A stretch of DNA of 32,000 bases, taken from contig OY969931.1 of assembly GCA_963704705.1 (NCBI GenBank), positions 420,001 to 452,000 of the forward strand, written 5' to 3'. Position 1 is the first letter of the stretch. Every line of letters starts with the position of its first letter. Shown here piece after piece: positions 26,671 through 32,000 of the stretch. This DNA is from an uncultured bacterium. GTDB lineage: Bacteria; Patescibacteriota; Gracilibacteria; UBA1369; PNNO01. The notes under the pieces were generated by a model, which was given only the letters and a program-made list of their open reading frames with translations, was not told the DNA's origin and ran no database searches. The translations under genes and the position numbers were made by a program.

Positions 26671-29042
26671 TTTTGTTTTTTGTAAGAAAAATATTCAGAA
26701 ATTATATAAGCGTAAATAAAAATAACCAAACCGGTAATTAGCAGCCAGTTTGCCTGTATTTTGTAAAAATAAATTTCAGCAAGAATCATTAATAATGCTA
26801 AATTTCCAATACAAAAAGTAATTACCCATAGTTTTTTACTTCCTGCCTCACGCAGTTCGGGAAAGCTCCTTCTGGTGATCTTTTTAATCATAATAACAAG
26901 GAATATAAGCATGACCAAACCACCGTAAAGTATGAATTTTTGAGGTAAATTGGAAATTTTATTAATCGCCAGTAAATAAGTTACTATTGGATGCGAAATC
27001 CAAATGGCAGTTGTTAAAACAGCAAGTGTCCAGAATATTTTTTTATTTTTATTCATACCTCTGCCCACTTCAACTATTTCTTCAACTTGTTCCAGCTGTT
27101 GGCATAAATAACTGAATTTTTCAAATGACTCCATTTCGAGATTAAGTATCATTGTGAAAACATTTTGAAATTTTCTTGGGGCTATTTTAAGGCTTATTAC
27201 ATTTATTTCATTGTCACTTAAAATAGCCAGTAAATCGCGGCCCGCTCCAATTCTGTCCATTGCTTTAATCTTAAGGCTTACTTGTTTCTTTTTAACCGGA
27301 GTTTTATTAAAAACTCTTTCAAATATACTTAATTTTTTTTCTTTAATAATGGTTTCACTCGGATAAATTCTGGTTAAAACATCAACAGGACTTATTGAAC
27401 CTTCTCCGATTCTTATGAAAATATCATCAAAAGTTCGTGTTTTAAATTCATTCTCATAATGTTTAATTAAATCTCTGACTTTTCTTTTTGGTGCATCTTC
27501 AAGTATACCAACCCCTGCACGATCAAAATCTTTTTGTAAAAGCCTTCTTCCTATACTTAATTTTTTTCTTCGACTATTTGTTCGTAGTGATTCACGTATT
27601 TTGTTTTTTGCCAGATTAGTTTTTGTGAAAATAAGCCATTCCCGACTTGGCCCTGTAGGTTGATCAGCGGTTATTATATTTACAATATCTCCGGTTTTTA
27701 AAGTTGTTGTTAATGGTGCAATTTGGCCGTTAACTTCAGCTTTTTGAGCATTGTCGCCAACTTCGGTATGAATAGAATATGCAAAGTCTACAGCAGTCGC
27801 TCCTCTGGGCAAATCTATTGTGTCGCCCTTAGGAGTAAAAGTGAAAATCCTGTCCTGAAAAATATCTATTTTAAGTGCTTCTAAAAAGTTTTCACTATCA
27901 TAATTTGCCTTTTGATATTCAAGAATTTTTTGCGCCCATTTGGAATGTTTTTCATTGAAATCACCATTTAAATGGCTATCTTTGTAGAAGTAATGTGCGG
28001 CAATACCATATTGGGCGTCCAAATGCATTTGCTGAGTTCTTATTTGGAATTCCGTTATTTGTCCTCTGACACCGAAAACTACCGTATGAAGACTTTGATA
28101 ACCATTTGATTTCGGCACTGCTATATAATCTTTAAACCGTCCTGGTTTTGGTTTGAATAATGAGTGAATTATTCCGAGCACCAAATAGCATTCCTTAATG
28201 TCATTTACAACAACTCTAATCGCTAAAAGGTCTTCTAATTCTTCGGGGGGTTTATCTTTTCTTAAACTCTTTTTAAATGCACTGTATCTGCTTTTTTCTC
28301 TGCCATAAATTTCATAATTCAGAAGTGATTCTTTTGAAAGTTCTCTTTTAATTATTTTAATTGTTTCATTCAGGATATTTTCCTGTCTTATTTTTGTTTC
28401 TGAAAGAATTTTTTCAATTCTTTCATATTCTTTTTGAAATAAATATTTAAAACATTCGTCTTCAAGTTGTTTTTTTATTTCTTCGATTCCAAGTAAATTA
28501 GCTATGGGAACATAAATTTCGAGTGTTTCTTTTGCTATTCTTATTCTTTTTTCAGGTTGGACATTATTTAAAGTACTCATGTTATGAAGTCTGTCTGCCA
28601 GTTTAATTAAAATAACTCTTGGATCTTTAGCACTATGAATTAATAATTTTTTTAAAGATTCTATCTGGCGTTCAGCCATATCGTGCCTATAATAAACTTT
28701 TGATAATTTTGTAATCCCATTTACTAAAAAAGCAATATTTTTACCAAATTGCTTTTCAATATCCCTAAGGGTTTTTTCAGTATCTTCAGGGACATCATGC
28801 AAAATTGCGGCTATCAAAGTATCTTCATCAACATGAAGTTTTGTCAATATTTGAGTAGCTTTAAGAGGATGTAAAATATAAGGAGTTCTGTTGTCTTTTC
28901 TGAACTGACCTTTGTGAGCTTTTAAAGCAAATTCATATGCTTCTAAAAATTTTGATTTGTTAAAATCCGGAAGGTATTTCTTCACGTTTTTCATAATAGC
29001 CTCAAGAGCCTTTTCTATATTTACATTTTGCACGTTTGTCAT
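26667..29042 (-). CDS. rel: RelA/SpoT-family (p)ppGpp synthetase/hydrolase with an additional C-terminal multi-TM domain
   Basis: HD domain KAHKGQFRKDNRTPYILHPL...ILHDVPEDT...KLADRLHNM; synthetase EKSRYSAFKKSLR...DLLAIRVVV...KPGRFKDYIAVPKSNGYQSLHTVV...EFQIRTQQMH; TGS FTPKGDTIDLPRGATAVDFAYSIHTEVG; ACT-like region; then ~4 hydrophobic helices. Confidence 0.94.
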   Translation of the reverse strand: MTNVQNVNIEKALEAIMKNVKKYLPDFNKSKFLEAYEFALKAHKGQFRKDNRTPYILHPLKATQILTKLHVDEDTLIAAILHDVPEDTEKTLRDIEKQFGKNIAFLVNGITKLSKVYYRHDMAERQIESLKKLLIHSAKDPRVILIKLADRLHNMSTLNNVQPEKRIRIAKETLEIYVPIANLLGIEEIKKQLEDECFKYLFQKEYERIEKILSETKIRQENILNETIKIIKRELSKESLLNYEIYGREKSRYSAFKKSLRKDKPPEELEDLLAIRVVVNDIKECYLVLGIIHSLFKPKPGRFKDYIAVPKSNGYQSLHTVVFGVRGQITEFQIRTQQMHLDAQYGIAAHYFYKDSHLNGDFNEKHSKWAQKILEYQKANYDSENFLEALKIDIFQDRIFTFTPKGDTIDLPRGATAVDFAYSIHTEVGDNAQKAEVNGQIAPLTTTLKTGDIVNIITADQPTGPSREWLIFTKTNLAKNKIRESLRTNSRRKKLSIGRRLLQKDFDRAGVGILEDAPKRKVRDLIKHYENEFKTRTFDDIFIRIGEGSISPVDVLTRIYPSETIIKEKKLSIFERVFNKTPVKKKQVSLKIKAMDRIGAGRDLLAILSDNEINVISLKIAPRKFQNVFTMILNLEMESFEKFSYLCQQLEQVEEIVEVGRGMNKNKKIFWTLAVLTTAIWISHPIVTYLLAINKISNLPQKFILYGGLVMLIFLVIMIKKITRRSFPELREAGSKKLWVITFCIGNLALLMILAEIYFYKIQANWLLITGLVIFIYAYIISEYFSYKKQN

Positions 29043-29078
29043 AATACTGTGTATGCTAAAATTAAACTCTTAAAGGTA

Positions 29079-29092
29079 GGCATAAAAATGCC
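29079..29092. repeat. Small perfect inverted repeat in the rel-mnmA divergent intergenic region
   Basis: GGCAT AAAA ATGCC. Confidence 0.5.
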
Positions 29093-29112
29093 ATAAAACT
29101 AACGAAAAGTCA

Positions 29113-30222
29113 ATGAAAAAGCCCAAAAAGGTGCTTATTGCAATGTCAGGAGGCGTTGATTCCTCTGTTTCAGCAGCAATACTTAAAAATAAAGGGTACG
29201 ATCTTATAGGTATATATATGAACTTTTGGAGTGATCCAACGGTTTTTGAAGATGAAGATTTGGTGAAATTTCCTCAAAATAAATGCTGTTCAATTGAATC
29301 CTTGAATAATGCACGAAAAATCGCGATGCAGCTTGATATCCCGTTTTATGTATTGAATGTAAAAGATCGATTTAAAAAACAAATTGTTGATTATTTTATT
29401 GATACATACAGAATGTGTCGAACTCCGAATCCTTGTGTTGAATGTAACAGGAATATTAAATTCGGGTTTTTACTTGAACGAATGAAACAATTAAATTGCG
29501 ACTATGTTGCTACAGGTCATTTTGCCCAAATAAAAAAGAAATCAGATATTTATAGCTTATATATGGGTAAAGATAAAATTAAAGATCAGACTTATTTTCT
29601 ATACACTTTAAATCAGGAAAAGTTAAAACACATTTTATTTCCGGTTGGTGGTTTTACTAAGGAAAAAGTAAAAAAACTCGCAAGAAAATTTGAATTTAAA
29701 AAAACAGCGGAGAAAAAAGAAAGTCAGGGTGTATGTTTTTTTCCTGATAAAAAATATGAAGATTTTCTTAAACGTCATTTTGAAGAAAATGTTTTACAAA
29801 CCGGTCCGATATTAACTACAAAGGGCGAAAAAATCGGCGAACATAAAGGTTTGCAATTATTTACGGTTGGCCAACGTAAAGGCATTGAAATAGGAGGAGA
29901 AGAAAAACCATGGTATGTAGTGAGTCTGGATTATAAACGAAACGCATTAATTGTTGGTAAAAATAATGAACTTTTTCAGAAAAAATTTACAGTTAGTAAT
30001 TTAACATTCACAGAAAATGAATTAAAAGATGGTGAACATAAAATTAATGCCAGAATCAGATATAGATTTCCTCCTCAGAAAGCTGTTTTAACAAAAAACA
30101 ACAACACCGCTGAAATAGTTTTCGAAGAGCCCCAAAGAGCAATAACACCCGGTCAGTCAGTTGTATTTTATAGACGAAACAGAGTGCTTGGGGGTGGAAT
30201 AATAGAAGAAGTTATGGTATAA
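29113..30222 (+). CDS. mnmA: tRNA 2-thiouridine(34) synthase MnmA
   Basis: AMSGGVDSSVSAAIL (PP-loop), TPNPCVECNRNIKFG, YVATGHFAQI, KDQTYFLYTL, KKESQGVCFF (second Cys), GQRKGIEIG. Confidence 0.97.
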   Translation: MKKPKKVLIAMSGGVDSSVSAAILKNKGYDLIGIYMNFWSDPTVFEDEDLVKFPQNKCCSIESLNNARKIAMQLDIPFYVLNVKDRFKKQIVDYFIDTYRMCRTPNPCVECNRNIKFGFLLERMKQLNCDYVATGHFAQIKKKSDIYSLYMGKDKIKDQTYFLYTLNQEKLKHILFPVGGFTKEKVKKLARKFEFKKTAEKKESQGVCFFPDKKYEDFLKRHFEENVLQTGPILTTKGEKIGEHKGLQLFTVGQRKGIEIGGEEKPWYVVSLDYKRNALIVGKNNELFQKKFTVSNLTFTENELKDGEHKINARIRYRFPPQKAVLTKNNNTAEIVFEEPQRAITPGQSVVFYRRNRVLGGGIIEEVMV

Positions 30223-30223
30223 T
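30212..30223 (+). promoter_or_regulatory. Extended -10 promoter overlapping the mnmA stop codon, probably driving the sortase gene
   Basis: TTATGGTATAAT, identical to 12344-12355. The mnmA TAA stop (30220-30222) lies inside TATAAT. Confidence 0.6.
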
Positions 30224-30245
30224 ATAACACAATTATTACATATTT

Positions 30246-31094
30246 ATGCCGCCGAAAAAGACAAAAAAAATACAAGCAACTGATGATAAACATTTCACAA
30301 TTCATATTGGGCATGAAGAAGCGCAGCCTGCTAAACCAATTCAAAAATTCCACAAAACTTTAAAAGATGAAAAAATGGAAATTCAGCCTGAAAGTTTTAC
30401 TGATAAAATATGGGGATTCTTAAGGTTTATTTCAAGCGCTGCAATAATTTTTATTATTTTATTTTTTGTTATGAATTGGAATGCATACAGCACTTTAATC
30501 ATGAATAAACTTGGCTTTTTCAAGGCTGATCAGCAGGAACAGGAATACACTTTGCCAATACGCGGAAGCAATGATTTGATGGAATTAAGCAAAGATCCCG
30601 AAGTTCAAAAATCTCAGATACCGGATTTAAATTTGGAGGTTACTCCTCCTGATACGCGCATTGTTATTCCGAGAATAGGAAAGAATGTTCCGGTTGTTAC
30701 AATAAGTTCCGAAGCACTTATAAATCATGATTGGGATAAACTTGAGCAGCAAATACAGGAAGCTTTGCGTGACGGAGTGGTGCATTATCCTGAAACAGCG
30801 TTCCCGGGTGAAAACGGGAATATGGTTGTAACAGGTCACAGTTCGTATTTCGCTTGGGATCCAGGCCGATTTAAAGATGTTTTTGCACTTCTCCACGATG
30901 TGCAGATTGGAGATAAAATTTATGTATATTACGATCAGAAAAAATATGAATATGAAGTTTACGATACAAGAGTTGTTTTACCAACACAGGTTGATGTTTT
31001 AACACAAGAGGGCGGAGACAGGCTAACATTAATAACCTGCACACCTGTCGGGACAAATTTAAAAAGGCTGGTTGTTCTTGCAAAGCCTGTATAG
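30246..31094 (+). CDS. Sortase-family transpeptidase, N-terminally membrane anchored
   Basis: N-terminal TM; TRIVIPRIGKNVPVV; catalytic His in NMVVTGHSSYF; catalytic Cys in RLTLITCTPVGTNLKRLVV with downstream Arg. Confidence 0.92.
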   Translation: MPPKKTKKIQATDDKHFTIHIGHEEAQPAKPIQKFHKTLKDEKMEIQPESFTDKIWGFLRFISSAAIIFIILFFVMNWNAYSTLIMNKLGFFKADQQEQEYTLPIRGSNDLMELSKDPEVQKSQIPDLNLEVTPPDTRIVIPRIGKNVPVVTISSEALINHDWDKLEQQIQEALRDGVVHYPETAFPGENGNMVVTGHSSYFAWDPGRFKDVFALLHDVQIGDKIYVYYDQKKYEYEVYDTRVVLPTQVDVLTQEGGDRLTLITCTPVGTNLKRLVVLAKPV

Positions 31095-31097
31095 AAT

Positions 31098-31658
31098 TTA
31101 AAGCTGACTTAATTTCTTAAGAAGATCTTCTTCTGTAGCTGATTCTTTTTGTTCGTATGCTACTTCTTTTTTAGCTAGTTCTTCACGTTGTTGTTTGTTT
31201 TCAAATTCCTGCCATTCAGATAAATGTTTGTCATTAATCTTTGCAAGTTCTGTTTCATATTCAGCGTCCAGTTTTGACAATTGCTGTTTTTCATTTAACA
31301 AAATATCTCGCAATTTTTGAATCTGGTCTTCAGTCATGATAGGTAAAATCTGAAACCAGTATTCACGCTCTTCATCATCCATTGATTCAGTATTCAGAAT
31401 CAAAGTGATAAGTTCAGGATAATTCTGTTTAACTATTTGAGGAATATGAAATTTAGTAGCCTGAGCTTTAGGTGCTGGTTCAGCAGGAGATGTATTTTTT
31501 AAGCCAAGAAGTTCTTCTTCCTCCGACAAAATATTACTGTCTTTGGCTGATTCTTTTTCCATTTGTTGAACCTGAGATAAATTAATTACCTTTGCGTTGT
31601 CGTCTCCTTGAGCGCTGCCACTTGTTCCTTGATTATTTTGTGTATTTGAATCTGCCAT
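31098..31658 (-). CDS. Hypothetical protein (186 aa), disordered N-terminus and coiled-coil C-terminus
   Basis: Q/N/S-rich N-terminus; YWFQILPIMTEDQIQKLRDILLNEKQQLSKLDAEYETELAKI helical region. Confidence 0.7.
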   Translation of the reverse strand: MADSNTQNNQGTSGSAQGDDNAKVINLSQVQQMEKESAKDSNILSEEEELLGLKNTSPAEPAPKAQATKFHIPQIVKQNYPELITLILNTESMDDEEREYWFQILPIMTEDQIQKLRDILLNEKQQLSKLDAEYETELAKINDKHLSEWQEFENKQQREELAKKEVAYEQKESATEEDLLKKLSQL

Positions 31659-31711
31659 TTTTATTGTTTGATTACTTATATATTATACATACAAATTAGG
31701 GTATACGTCAA

Positions 31712-32000
31712 CTATTGCTTTTTATCTTTATCTTTATCCGCTCCAGGATATTCCGGTGCTTTACCGTTATTAGCATTACCAGGTATTTGAAATGCCACGA
31801 ATAACTGTGCACATGGATATTTTTTTGGCTCTTCACTTTCATTGTTTCTTATATAAACATTTGTTTCGTTAATTGCTACAACAAAACCAGCATTGAATTC
31901 TTTGCCTTTACCAGCGAGTTTATCCCTGAGGACAACCATATCGCCCTTATTGAATATTCGTTTCTTTTTATTAGTGAATTTTTCTGTGATTGATTTTCTT
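31712..32000 (-). CDS. Hypothetical protein with an SH3/KOW-like segment; open toward the right edge and possibly truncated
   Basis: The reading frame stays open upstream of the ORF-track ATG (31939) to the window edge (RKSITEKFTNKKKRIFNKGDMVVLRDKLAGKGKEFNAGFVVAINETNVYIRNN), so the true start may lie outside. Confidence 0.6.
   Translation of the reverse strand, partial: RKSITEKFTNKKKRIFNKGDMVVLRDKLAGKGKEFNAGFVVAINETNVYIRNNESEEPKKYPCAQLFVAFQIPGNANNGKAPEYPGADKDKDKKQ

Noticed and set aside
30168-31083. ORFs 30168..30353 (-), 30627..30896 (-), 30871..31083 (-) over the sortase
   Set aside because: Antisense or out-of-frame shadows of a clearly recognised sortase gene.
1-32000. Search for CRISPR arrays, transposase/integrase genes, phage structural genes, toxin-antitoxin pairs and known defence modules
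   Set aside because: No direct repeat-spacer structure, recombinase motifs or defence-family signatures were seen. The yqeY/hflX and 10230..10856 neighbourhoods were considered as possible TA-like pairs but lack supporting motifs.
1-32000. Possible UGA recoding as seen in some Patescibacteria
   Set aside because: Trp is encoded by TGG in conserved motifs and TGA ends at least the cupredoxin-like and cdaA genes at sensible positions, so the standard code fits.

Overview
This is an AT-rich, very compact chromosomal window that looks like a small-genome bacterium. It resembles Patescibacteria/Peregrinibacteria-like lineages, but that placement is only inferred from gene style. TGA is used as a stop (e.g. 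20611-20613, 21524-21526) and Trp is encoded by TGG, so there is no sign of UGA recoding.

Recognisable housekeeping and signalling genes: a PrsW-like protease (truncated at the left edge), an RNase H-family protein with a Cys-rich tail, tRNA-Phe(GAA), a TMEM43-like membrane protein, a 3xSLH/DUF4215-like surface protein, a DUF3160 lipoprotein, alanine racemase, AsnRS, HflX, YqeY, Lon, a cupredoxin-like surface protein, CdaA-CdaR (c-di-AMP synthesis), an MscS channel, type I dehydroquinate dehydratase, YchF, a HisA-fold protein, Rel/SpoT, MnmA and a sortase. Several helical or membrane-anchored proteins remain unknown.

I see no CRISPR array, transposon, prophage or classical defence system. 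The items most worth follow-up are: (1) a Rel/SpoT alarmone enzyme fused in frame to a multi-TM C-terminal domain; (2) a HisA-fold protein that keeps its phosphate-binding motifs but has lost the canonical catalytic aspartates; (3) a cupredoxin-like domain with His->Tyr at a copper-ligand position; (4) a bidirectional-type terminator whose T-run touches the cdaA start codon; (5) a structured GC-rich element directly 3' of tRNA-Phe; (6) a near-absence of Shine-Dalgarno motifs combined with abutting or overlapping convergent genes; (7) a conserved-looking but unrecognised 632-aa protein overlapping lon; (8) a new-looking ~50-aa repeat in the SLH surface protein.
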